Shown: positions 38,243-51,523, counted from the whole stretch's first letter. The stretch is DNA of 63,687 nt, filler included, from Octopus bimaculoides (GCF_001194135.2; 10 parts of 10 records of this genome joined end to end with filler, not necessarily neighbours in it); one strand, 5' to 3'. Numbers and translations are program-made. The notes: a model not told the origin generated them from the sequence alone.

Positions 38243-38896
38243 TGTGCATTTTCTATATTTATGTGGGTGTATGTTTATGTATTTTGGTGTTATTTCATTC
38301 GTACTTGTTAATTGAATTATGAAAATGACCAATAATATTAGTGGAAAACTCGATAAAACAATCTGCCAAATGTATCTAATCGACAGAAACTGTAACTACA
38401 TTGATTAAACTCAGTCACTTTCCTAGTTTGAGAAAATCTCGGCACATAGAAGTTGGTCTGTAGTTGCAGATATTTAGATTTCCTGAGATGAAACAGGTGC
38501 TACCAGGGAAGATATCAAAACTGAACAGTAGCATCAACCTATCTAGGTAAGTTAAAGCTAATCTTTCACAAGGATCCTTCTAGGTATTTTAACTCGATCC
38601 CGTTTCTGTAGATTTAAGTGAACGAGCAATAATCCCCTCTTTCTACTCTGGTACCTAAGAGCTAAGTAAAAAGGTGCTGCAAATGTTTAGTAAGTGTAAG
38701 AAGTAGAAACACAATGAAATAACTCCTGCGAATGTGAACTCTCGGTCGTTGAATTCATAGTTTGTGGTTCTCAAATTCTTATTATTATTCACGATGCATT
38801 TGAGTCTAAATTGAAATATTTTAGCGCACTGGCGTTAAATGCTACGAATATATTTTTAGAAAAAAAAAATAGTTATTAGACATTTTAACCCACAAA

Positions 38897-39113
38897 TATT
38901 GATTTCAAATTTTGGCACAAGGTCAGCAATCTCGGGGAGAAGATAAGTCGATTACAACGACCCTAATACTCAATTGGTACTTACTTTATCGACCCCGAAA
39001 GGATAAAAGGCGAAGTCGTCCTCGGCGGAATTTGAACTCAGGGCGTGGAAACGGACGAAATGCCACTAAGCATTTTGCACTACGTGTTAACGATTCTACC
39101 AGTTCGCCACCTT
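38897..39113 (-). mobile_element. SINE family F2 (tail B), full length
   Basis: aatattgatttcaaattttggcacaagg tail, core, head ending ccagttcgccacc. Confidence 0.85.
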
Positions 39114-40123
39114 AGTTTAATCTATTAATTAATATTATCAACTTAGATTACTGACACTCATTAAGTGTTTCCTCAAGAAATTAGTAAAATTTCATTGTAC
39201 CTTTTACAAGCATTTTTAATATCATTTTATTTTCGCCGTGAATCTAGCTACAAGTTGCGGACCACCGTTTGGGAATCATTAGTCTAATATAACCATTCTG
39301 CCGTTTCTAGATAAAGAATATCCTAAGCTGAACCAATAAATTGACATTTGTTATCTATTTGTATCAGCAGACATGATAAATGTAATCCAGACTACCTGAC
39401 TTGTTTTTAACATTGGAATATAAATTAATTGTTTCCCTAATCTTCAAGCACACATGTATTAAGGAAAAGTTTTTGGCCTTTTTCATTTTTATTCTATTAT
39501 CGAACAAGAACTCTTCGACTTTCATACGCCAACCATTTCTCCTAAGTACAATTTCCTCCCTTCCAATCTTTTCTCATTTCCTCCTTCCACCTTTCTGCTA
39601 TTTCTTTCCTTTTTCCTCCCTCATTGATGCAATATTCCCCTTTCTAAATTCCATCCTCTCCGAGAGTTTTCAACCGCGCCTGCTCCAATATCCTTCCCTC
39701 GGTGTCACACCCACTCTCACCGCAGCCCGCAAATCTTAGATTTAAACTTTCATTTCTTTCTACTTCCCCCTTCTCACTTGTAAACAGATTCGTCTGTCTC
39801 ACTTTATTCCTTGTTATTGCGAAATAAAATCAACAACAACGAAGCATACACCACCACCACCATTAGCAGCAACACCAACAACAACAAGCTGCGCAAAAAA
39901 AAAATATGTGTCAATTTTAAGTGTGTTAAGGGCCAAATTATCAATGTGTTTCGTAGAACTAGTAGTAGGACAATAAACAGAGTTGACGTTGTACTTGGTG
40001 ACACTAGTAAAGCAGAACAGTTTACTAATACAAGCGTAATATAAGTACCATAGCGAAGACACAACTTCACGTGTAACACTACGTACTTAGCTATCTGTTG
40101 CTTAGTCACGCTTTCTTCACACC

Positions 40124-40172
<49 letters not shown>

Positions 40173-40295
40173 NNNNNNNNNNNNNNNNNNNNNNNNNNNN
40201 NNNNNNNNNNNNNNNNTTAATTAATTAANNNNNNNNNNNNNNNNNNNNNNNNNNNNNNNNNNNNNNNNNNNNACACACACACACACAATTTAAGA

Positions 40296-40525
40296 GGCGG
40301 CGAGCTGGCAGAGTGGTTAGCACGCCGGGCGAAATGTTTAGCGGTATTTCGTCTGCCGCTACGTTCTGAGTTCAAATTCCACCGAGGTCGACTTTGCCTT
40401 TCATCCTTTCGGGGTCGATTAAATAAGTACCAGTTACGCACTGGGGTCGATATAATCGACTTAATCCGTTTGTCTGTCCTTGTGTGTCCCCTCTGTGTGT
40501 AGCCCCTTGTGGGTAGTAAAGAAAT
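40296..40525 (+). mobile_element. SINE family F2 (tail A), full length with 11-bp TSD
   Basis: A box tggcagagtgg, B box gagttcaaattcc, core gaggtcgactttgcctttcatcctttcggggtcga (resembles the Meta/MESC SINE domain, from memory); TSD cacaatttaag at 40284-40294 and 40530-40540. Confidence 0.9.
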
Positions 40526-41000
40526 GACGCACAATTTAAGTGTCGTTAATAAAACACCCCCAAACAGATATTTGTGATATGTAGATACTTCGAACGGTAT
40601 CTTAGTGAATTTATTTAACATTACACATCCTCACGTCACTAATCAATCCCAACAACAGTTTAAAGTTATCGGGAAAAATCGATACTGAGGGGGAAAAATA
40701 AATAGACAAATAAAAGCAAGCATAAATTAACCGTAAACAACACTACAATGTACACACATACACACGCACACACACACACGTGCATACATGCACACACATA
40801 CATGCACACACATACATGCATATACACTCATACATGCATGCATACATACATACATACATACATACATACATACATACATACACACATGTATTTATGTACA
40901 CATATATACATGTATATAGCACATGCCTATATGTATGTGTGTGCGTACGCGCGTATGTATATACACACACACGCACGCACACATACATATACATACATAT

Positions 41001-41035
<35 letters not shown>

Positions 41036-41320
41036 CATACATACATATATNNNNNNNNNNNNNNNNNNNNNNNNNNNNNNNNNNNNNNNNNNNNNNNNNN
41101 NNNNNNNNNNNNNNNNNNNNNNNNNNNNNNNNNNNNNNNNNNNNNNNNNNNNNNNNNNNNNNNNNNNNNNNNNNNNNNNNNNNNNNNNNNNNNNNNNNNN
41201 NNNNNNNNNNNNNNNNNNNNNNNNNNNNNNNNNNNNNNNNNNNNNNNNNNNNNNNNNNNNNNNNNNNNNNNNNNNNNNNNNNNNNNNNNNNNNNNNNNNN
41301 NNNNNNNNNNNNNNNNNNNN

Positions 41321-41355
<35 letters not shown>

Positions 41356-42657
41356 CATAAATATACAACCATACCTAACCGACACACACACACAAAAGCA
41401 ACAGTTTATTCCAAAATTCCTTGGCTGTTATTTTTATCTTTTTCCCCAACCTTGCTCAACACGATCAAATGTTTTTCATGAACTAATTAACAGCAGCGAA
41501 ACAGCATAAAAGAAATCTAATTTAACATTCGACATCACATTTTATTTTTACTATTTTACATTTTTATTGCTTTTATTTTCCTTCAGTTTTTTTCCTTTAT
41601 TATTTTTTTTTTACTTAATTTCCCTGTGGGTTTTATTTGAAACTAATGTTACGTCAAGAAATATTGGTTATCGTCCTTGTTTTTAAACCGGGTTTTGTTT
41701 GTAAATGTGTTTTAGTAAACTTATTTATTAGTTCCCCAATTTTTGTTCCAATTAACTTTGTTTAATTGATTTGAAATTTATCAGGGTAATTATCAAATGG
41801 AAACTTGATCATGCTAACTACTCCAGCACCAACGGCAGCGTCTGCTTCTGTTGCTCTGATGATGATGGTGGCGGTAGAGGTAATGGTGGGTAGCGGTGGT
41901 GATAATAGCCTTGTTGCTGTTGTTGTTGGTGGTGTTTACTGATGTATGGGTGACAGTAGTGATAGTGGTGGTGGTTATAGTATTATTGATGAATGTTGGT
42001 ATTGGCAGGGAATTTTCCAGAGAGGGAAAGAGGATCAGAGATTTAGAAAAAAAAAAAAAACTACTAGTACAAAACAGGTAAAGATTGTAAAAGTGATGGG
42101 GTTAACCGGTTGATAACAAATTATGACAGCAAAGAAATAATTAATATACGTATAGACATGTTGGTTATTAGAACAAAAATTGAATATTGGAAAAGGTGGC
42201 GTGACATGGGTCTTTAAAGAATACGATCAGAAACATTATAACAAGATAAGACTGAAATCCATTTTACAGCAATATTTATGTCATCTTCAAACGACTGGCG
42301 CTTGTTAGTTTATACGAGTGCTTAAAATTTATGTAAAGCGCATAAAAATCTTTTTGACTAAAACAGAAAACAACAAGCTTTATGTAGTAAATGACAAAAC
42401 CATTTAAACTTTATTGAGCAAGTTTAAGCAATACAGATTAATCAAGTTACGTGTCGCTCTTGCATCGTTCTTCTTCGTGTGGCTGAGATATGTCTAAATT
42501 TTGAGTTTCTCATTATATCCCCTTCTTGGAGGTACTTCCAGCTCAGCTCCTTAAATGTTAAAATAAGAGTTTAATCCCACATATACAGTATATATAGGGT
42601 CATTCGATAAATTCGTTTCTTTCTAGTGTTATTTGAATTAACATGGAGAATATTTCT

Positions 42658-43252
42658 ATTACGGAGATGTACTTACATAGCAAGTGACCTGATCTGAGAT
42701 CGTGTGGTGAAACAAAAACAATTGCAGCATGGAAGGTGTTTATAAGCCATTAAAAAAAAAACACAAAAACTGTAGGAGTGGCTGTGTAGTAAGTAGCTTG
42801 CTTACCAACCACATGGTTCCGGGTTCAGTCCCACTGCGTGGCACCTTGGGCAAGTATCTTCTACTATAGCCTCGGGCCGACCAAAGCCTTGTGAGTGGAT
42901 TTGGTAGACGGAAACTGAAAGAAGCCCGTCGTATATATGTATTTATATATGTATGTTCGTGTCTGTGTTTGTCCCTCCAGCATCGCTTGACAACCGATGC
43001 TGGTGTGTTTACGTCCCCGTAACTTAGCGGTTCGGCAAAAGAGACTGATAGAATAAGTAGTAGGCTTACAAAGAATAAGTACTGGGATCGATTCGCTCGA
43101 CTAAAGGCAGTGCTCCAGCATGTCCGCAGTCAAATGACAGAAATAAGTTGAAAGAGTAAAAAAGAGTAAAAAAAGGAGTATTTAAATTTAATTGGTCCAA
43201 ATATTTTTGTCGCTTTCAGACCGCGACTGGTTCACCGACAAAATTTCGTGCT
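42658..43252. mobile_element. F4 copy (minus) split by a full-length F1 SINE (plus, 42774-43180)
   Basis: F4 homology stops at cacaaaaactgt and resumes at tttaaatttaattgg; the F1 head, short microsatellite and tail lie in between. Confidence 0.85.
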
Positions 43253-43344
43253 GTGGTTTATAGTTTTTGCAGCTTTTTTCCTTCTTTCACAAGTTTTGTT
43301 TATCGTTTTTGAAATTAGAATAAATGTTACCTCTTTTCATACAT

Positions 43345-43675
43345 ATGACGATGGAATGCCGAGTAGAAGAAGAAAGCGTGTTCAACATCTGCTTCTTTTT
43401 TGCTTTTAATCAAGATTCCAAAACTGCCCAAGTTGAGCGAGACATTTGTGCTGTGTACGTAGGTGCTAGAACCACACAGAAATGGCTCTCAGGCTTCAAA
43501 TAGGAGAAGTCCCTCCTCGGAGGCTCTCCACGTTATGGTCCACAGGTTCAATTCAATAAGGATCGATTGAACAACGCATCCACGAAAGTCCATGCAATTT
43601 AACTTCGAAATTGGCTCAGTGAATAGAGATGCTCTGATAACAACGTCACCCGTCACCAGCGCTGGATTAACCATT
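43345..43675 (+). mobile_element. Mariner transposase pseudogene fragment (N-terminal HTH region)
   Basis: QHLL(fs)FAFNQDSKTAQVERDICAVY...RTTQKWLSGFK...VQFNKDRLN(fs)IHESPCNLTSKLAQ resembles mariner HxLLFxFNxGxxAxEAAxxICxVYG...QxWFxxF. Confidence 0.65.
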
Positions 43676-43814
43676 AAGCAAAATAAGCACATTCTTAGGG
43701 CATCAAGAGAAGGGATGGGGACACCACAGAAACGGTAAATGGTTTACGGCACAAAAGAAATCACTTTACATTTAACAAAATAATATTCGAGATGCCTTAT
43801 CTCTACTAAGTATA

Positions 43815-44026
43815 TGAGGGGTGCTGAAAAGTTCGTGGCTTTGGGAAAATAGAGAAGGATCAGTTAATTATGATTTTATTCTACATATTCTACATATTCC
43901 GATTCACTCATTTATTGCAGCGGTCCTTCAGTTTTTCTAAACCCTGCAAAAGAACTTAGAGGGTTGGGCCTCCGACCAGGCCTTCCGCGACACCCTTAAA
44001 GTCAGGAACTTTTCAGCAATCCCTCG
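43815..44026. mobile_element. Mariner-derived MITE (~212 bp)
   Basis: TIRs tgaggggtgctgaaaagttcgtggcttt and reverse complement cgagggattgctgaaaagttcctgacttt; TA at 43813-14 and 44027-28. Confidence 0.8.
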
Positions 44027-44199
44027 TAGAAGCAGATGTGTTACATAAGATTAGATTTAAGGATCTGATCAAAGATTTTGCAATTAAAACAAAGTAGGAN
44101 NNNNNNNNNNNNNNNNNNNNNNNNNNNNNNNNNNNNNNNNNNNTTAATTAATTAANNNNNNNNNNNNNNNNNNNNNNNNNNNNNNNNNNNNNNNNNNNN

Positions 44200-44230
<31 letters not shown>

Positions 44231-44305
44231 ATACGGACGCCGATAAACAAACAAAATAACGTTAGGTCCCTATTCCCCGAGCTGGGTTTGAAACCGTATT
44301 CTGGT

Positions 44306-45219
44306 TGTTGAGGACAATGGTATTTCCTTTGTCTTGTCAACAAACACGGCTATTTATAGCGTAGGAGGATGATCGATGACCCTTTCCGGTCACCGAAAGT
44401 TTAGAAAAACAAGTTAGGAACTGTACTAAACTGACCCAGCTTTGGAGGGGGATAAGGTAGCACTGTTGGGTACGGTATCTCTCATAAATACAGGAGCAGA
44501 GATTTGGGTACGGCAGTTGGTATCGAGCAGTTGGCGTGAGTAGTCAGCCAGTGAAGATGTACAGCAGATGATGTGAAGGCCAGCGGCCAGTAGAGAACCA
44601 AGATGAACAGAGAGTCTGACAGAAAGAGGCTAAGAGAGAGAGGCTATGGTCAGAAGGTACCAGTCAGCAGAAATGGATAGAGTCTGAGAGAGAGAGGGAC
44701 AGAGAGATGGAACTGTTGTGGCAGAAAAAAGATTGTAGTGGACTACGTTGGTCAGTTCTTGTGGATTGTAGTGCGATATTTGAAGGAAAGGAAATTCTTG
44801 CGGTGAAGGTTTGTTTGCATTTCTTTAAAGAAAAATGTACTTTGTTGTTACATGATGTTAAAAGAACTTTGTTAACTTTTGTTAACTGTGATGTTAACTG
44901 GCTGAAAAGAAAAGAAAAGAAAGAACTTTGCTAACTCTTGTTAAATGGTAGAAAAGAAAAAAAGAACTTTGTTGTTACATGTTGTTTAAAGAAAAGAAAA
45001 ACAACGAAGTAAAAGAACTTTTTGATTGACTCTCGATGCACGAACTTTGATTGTGAACTTTTGATTATGTTAAATGCTTGGAGACTGTTGTTACATGTGC
45101 TATTGTTACATGAGCTTGGAAACTATTGTTACATGTGTTATGGAATTATTGTTTTGCTCTGTTTTGTATTGATGATGTTTTGTGATGTAAAAAAAAAAAG
45201 TTAGTTTCACTACGCAACG
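44306..45219 (+). mobile_element. Possible LTR (~910 bp) followed by PBS-like TGGT and CpG-rich internal sequence
   Basis: Starts TGTTG and ends GCAAC(G); TATA-like tatttata and cataaata; GA-rich then A/T-rich repeats (aaaagaacttt); tggtccgtg begins 3 nt downstream (45222). No partner LTR is visible (gap at 45341). Confidence 0.4.
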
Positions 45220-45454
45220 TATGGTCCGTGTTATTTCTTCCCTGCCTGTTGTCGTCGTTACGTGCTCCGGCTGGGCTTAGTCGTGGCGAACATCCCGACT
45301 CACTGAGCGTCGACGTTCGCGCGCGCGCGAGTTTTCTCTTNNNNNNNNNNNNNNNNNNNNNNNNNNNNNNNNNNNNNNNNNNNNNNNNNNNNNNNNNNNN
45401 NNNNNNNNNNNNNNNNNNNNNNNNNNNNNNNNATATATATATATATATGTATAT

Positions 45455-45645
45455 ATGTATTTGTGTGTTTGTGTTAAACAACCGACGTTGGAGTGTTTAC
45501 GTCCCCGTAACAAACGGCTCGACAAAAGAGACCGATAGAATGAGTACTAAGTTTACAAAGAAGAAATCCTGCGGTCGATTTCTTCGACTAAAGGCGGTGC
45601 TCCGGCATGGCCGCAGTCAAATGACTGAAACAAGTAAAAGAAAAT
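45455..45645 (+). mobile_element. SINE family F1, tail (all CpGs retained)
   Basis: gtttacgtccccgtaac...gagaccgatagaa...taaaggcggtgctccggcatggccgcagtcaaatgactgaaacaagtaaaag. Confidence 0.85.
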
Positions 45646-47659
45646 TATAACAAAAACTAGCCCCGTGCTGAGTGGCTTACAGAGGTTTTCCCTACGTGTC
45701 ATACTACGCTGTTTCATCTTATTATTGTCACTAATTGTATTGCATGAGCAACATTTTATTAGTGTAACAAATAAATTATGTTCCAATACATAAAAATAAA
45801 CTCTGGTTACAATCAGCGATACCGAACTTTAAAGGATGAAATAGAATCTCGATACCCATAAATTCAGTTACCGAAGAAAGGATAGATATAATGTTTTTTC
45901 TTGAAACACTATATCTGATTGAAAATATACGAAAGGGATACAGAAACATTTTGATAATAGATCTGTTTGACCAGGGTTGACGACAACAAATCAGCAAAGG
46001 TACCTCTATGTGATCGCTCGAACTGCTAGAAATAACAGCCAGATTCCATTCAAATCCTACTTTAAAAAAAACAAAATTACTTTGGAAAATATCTCCCCTA
46101 ATATACCATGTCTGAGTAAAACGTTGGAATGGTCACAATTGGAAAGTTTGTTTTTCTTTGTTATAGAACAAATAAATCAACCAACACATATGCCAGAAGC
46201 TTTCTTGGATTACATTTGACATCTCGACATGATTGTTAAAGAGAAATGGAATAGTCAAGATAAGATGGCGTAAGATAATATTTATTTGGCAACATCAAAT
46301 TTACAAAATGCAAATCATATTTTTCACTGAGAAATTGCATGATTTCGATCGCGCGCGCGCGCGTATGTGCGTGTGTGTGAGTGCGTGTACATGCGTGTGT
46401 GTGTGTGTGTGTGTGTGTGCGTGCGTGTGTGTGTGACAGAATACGGATATAAAAACTCCACACATGCGCATCGATGCAACTTACAGTCCTTTGGTCTATA
46501 GCTGCACAAAATTGCAGTGTCCTATATTTTCAGCTGCCTCAACGTATACATGACATTAGAAAATAGAAAGATGAGATGAGATAATGCAATGTTACATGGA
46601 AAAATATGCAGTATGAAATGTAATAATTGATGAAATAGCCCAAGTCGACATTAATCACACTTGAGCTGGCATTTCGTGTCTTTCTGTCCGCCGACCCATC
46701 GTTCTCGTTTTATACAGCGTCAAGTGCTTATTCATTGCATATTCCTACAAAATAAGAATTTCCATATTTCCGCACGCGCCCGCATGTTTTTTTTAGTCGC
46801 AATTGCAGGCGTCAATAAATACATCTTGGAACATTAATTATACTTTAAAAAAATAGGAAACCCAGTCGCTGCAATATAGTATAGAAGACTGAAGGTTTTT
46901 GAAGTGAAAATACACACTATAACTGCTGTTGAAAAGCTCCTGGAATTTCTTGTTTATAACGGAAGTCTTATATGTGAGAATGGCTATTACTGTAAATACT
47001 TCGTTTTCACAATCATTAATGGCGGTGTCCAAGCATAGCGGTAGCTGGATGGCTGAAAACAATAAAGGAGTAAAACTGAACGAACATAATGGATGATGCA
47101 AAGACATTCAAGGAATATTTAATAAATACTGAAGTAAAATCATTATAATTTCTCCATTGCTAACAGAACACACTGACACCATACAGCAGAAATAATATTG
47201 GAAGAAAACAATGTATTTGCGTGGGATGCTACGTTCTCACAATTGCCAATGGCCTAATGAGTACATCATTTTAATACCAGAATCATTAACACAACAAGCA
47301 GAAAAATAAAAGTAAAATAAAATAAAACAAATTAATGAAATATGTCTGAACTAACGTTTCCTGCTGATGTGTTACAAGACGCTTATGTGTCGTGTATAGT
47401 CCTCAGTTCAACATGTCTACGAGTTTTGGAGGTCAGTTGCAAAGTCCCAGAACATTTAGGAAACTGGAGTGGGCTTTTTTAAAATCCACACACACACGCG
47501 CACATACACACACACACATATAGAGATACATACACACATATATATATATATATATACATCTATATATACACATATATATACATATATACATATATATATN
47601 NNNNNNNNNNNNNNNNNNNNNNNNNNTATATATACATATATATATATATATACATATAT

Positions 47660-48022
47660 TCTTTTATTCTTTTACTTCGTTCAGTCATTTGACTGCGGCC
47701 ATGCTGGAACACCGCCTTTAGTCGAGCAAACCGACCCCAGGACTTATTCTTTGTAAGCCTAGTACTTATTCTATCGGTGTATTTCGCAGAACCGCTAGGT
47801 GACAGGGACGTAAACACACCAGCATCGGTTGTCAAGCAATGTTGGGGTGGAATAAACACGTATACTTCTTTCAATTTCCGTCTACCAGATCCACTCATAA
47901 ATTAGCCCTATGAACTTCTTGGCCCGAGGCTATAGTAGAAGGCACTTGCGCACGGTGACATGCAGTGGGTCTGAAGCCGGAACCATGTGGTTGGTAAGCA
48001 AGCTACTTACCACACAGCCACC
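47660..48022 (-). mobile_element. SINE family F1, near full length with almost no internal microsatellite
   Basis: Tail reverse complement 47660-47850 joins the head reverse complement through only taaacacgtatac; ~20-bp insertion near 47900. Confidence 0.8.
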
Positions 48023-48077
48023 CCTACACCCCCCCACACACATATGTGTGTATGTATATATATATACACATACCTGC

Positions 48078-48123
<46 letters not shown>

Positions 48124-48289
48124 GTACATGCAGATGTGCATACATGTGTGTATGTATATATGTCAATGTGTGTGTGTGTATATATATATNNNNNNNNNNN
48201 NNNNNNNNNNNNNNNNNNNNNNNNNNNNNNNNNTTAATTAATTAANNNNNNNNNNNNNNNNNNNNNNNNNNNNNNNNNNNNNNNNNNNN

Positions 48290-48326
<37 letters not shown>

Positions 48327-48327
<1 letters not shown>

Positions 48328-48670
48328 CCGATATGTATAGTATTAAATATCCATAAAGGGTGGTCTTACCAATCGGTTTCACGTAAAAAATACAATGGAA
48401 TATTAGGTAACATCTTTATGCTCATCAGAGTTAGCCGATATGGAAGGGAATATGGTGATTATAATATTCTTTATACATCTTTTGCAAATAGATTTGGAAT
48501 ATTACAACCTGGGATATTCAACAAGTCACCATATCCCCTTTCATATCAGCTAACTCTGATGAACGTAAAGTTATATAATCGGTTCGTAAACTAACACTCC
48601 ATTGTATTGTTTACACAAAACCGGTTGGTAAGACCACCCTTTATGGATATTTAATACTATACATTTCGGA
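48327..48670. mobile_element. Foldback-type MITE with ~130-bp terminal inverted repeats
   Basis: tccgatatgtatagtattaaatatccataaagggtggtcttaccaa...catcagagttagccgatatg mirrored by catatcagctaactctgatg...ttggtaagaccaccctttatggatatttaatactatacatttcgga; flanked by TA. Confidence 0.85.
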
Positions 48671-48705
48671 TATATAAAAACATGTACATAGTTACACAAC
48701 CACAC

Positions 48706-48773
<68 letters not shown>

Positions 48774-48774
48774 C

Positions 48775-49010
48775 TGTGTGTGTGTGTATGCGTGTCTCTG
48801 GGCCTGTATCCCATCATCACTTGACAACCGGTGCTGTTTTGTTTATGTTCCTGTAAACAGCGGTTTAGCAGAGAAAAAAAACGGATGGAATAAGTAGCAG
48901 ATTTTGAAATAAATAATAGGGTACTTTTATTCGAGTAAAACCCTTGAAGAGGGTACCCTAATATGGCTTATAATTCATATGGCTTATAATTCAATGGCTG
49001 AAACAATAAA
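48775..49010 (+). mobile_element. SINE family F1, degenerate tail
   Basis: cacttgacaaccggtgct...gaataagtagcag...ggctgaaacaataaa. Confidence 0.6.
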
Positions 49011-49419
49011 CAAATCTGTGTCCTTCTCTCTAAGAAAATACGTGACCTTTTGCCAATGTGAAGAATAGATATTCTATATCTGGCAATCTTCCTGACAATG
49101 ATTTAAAAAAAAAAATTCCCACCTAAACTTTTTAACATACATATGACTGATGTCGGTATGAATATTTAATCAATGTGGGCCTGAATAATTCACAATATAT
49201 TCTTAGGCGAATACTTCATCACAGAGTAAAGATGGAATGATCAATTCTGTAACAACATTTCTCATACTTCTCTACATCTTCAGTATCAAAGCTCAAAGCC
49301 ACTGCACAACAATATTAGCGATGCTCCTTGAAGATGTTAGCACCATTTCTGGTATTCATTCCCGGTTTCGATTGCTTCAGACAAATATTTTTTTCTACTA
49401 CAGTTATGATGCTGGAAAT

Positions 49420-49605
49420 TTGTGAAGCGAGGGCTAGTCGATTATATTGACCCCTAGTGCTTAACTTGTACTTACTTTATCGACCTCGAACGAATGAAAA
49501 GCAAAGTTGACTTGGGCGGAATTTGAAATCAGAACGTAAAGACGGACAAAATACTGATAAGAGTTTTGTCCGGCGTTCTAACGATTCTTCCCGCTCACCG
49601 CCTTA
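49420..49605 (-). mobile_element. SINE family F2
   Basis: gtacttactttatcgacc...gcaaagttgacttgggcggaatttgaaatcagaacgtaaagacggac...ctcaccgcc. Confidence 0.75.
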
Positions 49606-49674
49606 GGCAAATGTATAAATACTGCATCAAAATAGATTTTATAGTTTTGGAGATCGTTTTGTATCTCTTTTGAA

Positions 49675-50171
49675 GTTCGCAAACCCTGGTGGAACAAAAT
49701 CCCATCGTAACTGTTGAGGAACAAGCAGAAAAGCTTGGATTTGGTCATTCAACCATTCACCGATACCTGTGCTAGAAGAAAAATGACCATCACTGGTTCC
49801 AAGACGAAAGTTGTTCTTCCATCAGGATAATGCTCGCACACGTACAGCGAGGATGACATTCCAAAGACTAGGGCAGTTTGAATGGGAAACGATGCCCCAC
49901 CCATTATATTCGCCGTACATTGTCCCGTTTGATTATCATTTATGCCGCAGTTTTCAAAATCTTTTCAACGGAAAAAATATGAATTCTGTAGACGAGGAGT
50001 GTTTTTCGTCACGGACAAGTGAATTTTGGAAGAGGAGCCAACTAAATAGATGGAAGAACATTGTAGAAAATGAAGGAGAGTATATTTTAGATTAAAAAAG
50101 AACTTTGTTTATCTTAATTTTGAAAAGTAAAAGAAGTATAACATAAGCGCATTATTTATGGGATAACCCAA
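49675..50171 (+). mobile_element. Mariner remnant: internally deleted transposase 3' part plus right ITR
   Basis: HQDNARTR..., YSPYIVPFDYHLCRSFQN, RWKNIVENEGEY; ITR ttatgggataacccaa then TA; homologous to 55816-56827. Confidence 0.85.
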
Positions 50172-50197
50172 TACATATACGTATTATACATCTACAT

Positions 50198-50250
<53 letters not shown>

Positions 50251-50291
50251 TACATATATATAAACATATACATACATATACTATATATACA

Positions 50292-50359
<68 letters not shown>

Positions 50360-50459
50360 CATACATATATATACATATACACACATATATATACATATAC
50401 ATACATATATATACATATACACACATATATATACATATTCGTACATAAGTAAGCATATA

Positions 50460-50492
<33 letters not shown>

Positions 50493-51523
50493 GCATATAT
50501 ACGTGTATATATTCACACACACACATATCGTTATACACCATCTTGTATATCTAAATAGATTTATGTATGTATATATATATATATATATATGAGAAGATAT
50601 ATCTAATGATATAATGTAATATAATATGATAAAATATATATGTATGCGTATGAGTGTGGGTATATTGCACGCGCGTGTATGTGTATTTGAATATGTTTGT
50701 CCATGCGTGCTTATCTGTTTATGTGTATGCGTGTATGTACAGATTGATGTAGACAGATTGTTTCGCAATTATTTATCTAAATAATTATAATAATTAATCC
50801 CCTTCTCCACGAAATTAAACGCAAGACATATATATTCTCATTATTTTAAAAGGGTTTGTTAGAGTAAATTGCTTGCATCTGTTTGTATTATTGAAAGAAA
50901 GTGAGATGAAAATGGTTGACAGAAAGAGAGTATGATGCTAACACATATACGCATAAACGTATATACATGCACATGCACACACGCACGCATGCACACAGAT
51001 ACACAAACACACACACACATAAGACGAAGAGGGCAAAAGTGAGAGAGTGGGAAAGAAAGACATATCACTTTAGGGAGAGAGAAAATGGTACACCAGGAAA
51101 ATGATAACAGAAAAAAAAGGATAGATATCCAAAGATAGAAAAATGTGGGGGAAGCGAATGAGATGCGCGCACGCGTGCGTGTGAGTGTGTATGTGCGCGC
51201 ACGCGCAGGTGTGACATGGCGTGAGTCAACGATAAATCAGAGAACAAACAGTAACATGTTATTATCAAAATGCAATTCAGTAATTAAAAAAATATACATA
51301 TTAATTAATTATTTTTTCTGTCATATATATATATATATATATATATATATCCATACAAACGTATATACATATGCGGTATTGTTTCGTATTTTATTATGTT
51401 GTCATTGAGTTTCTTTGCTGAAACAAGGAATTTATAGATATTATGCAAGTCTGAAAACAGAACAACAACGAAGCGATATATACAGTACAAGTACAAGGCA
51501 GTTAGTTACACATTCACCTTATA

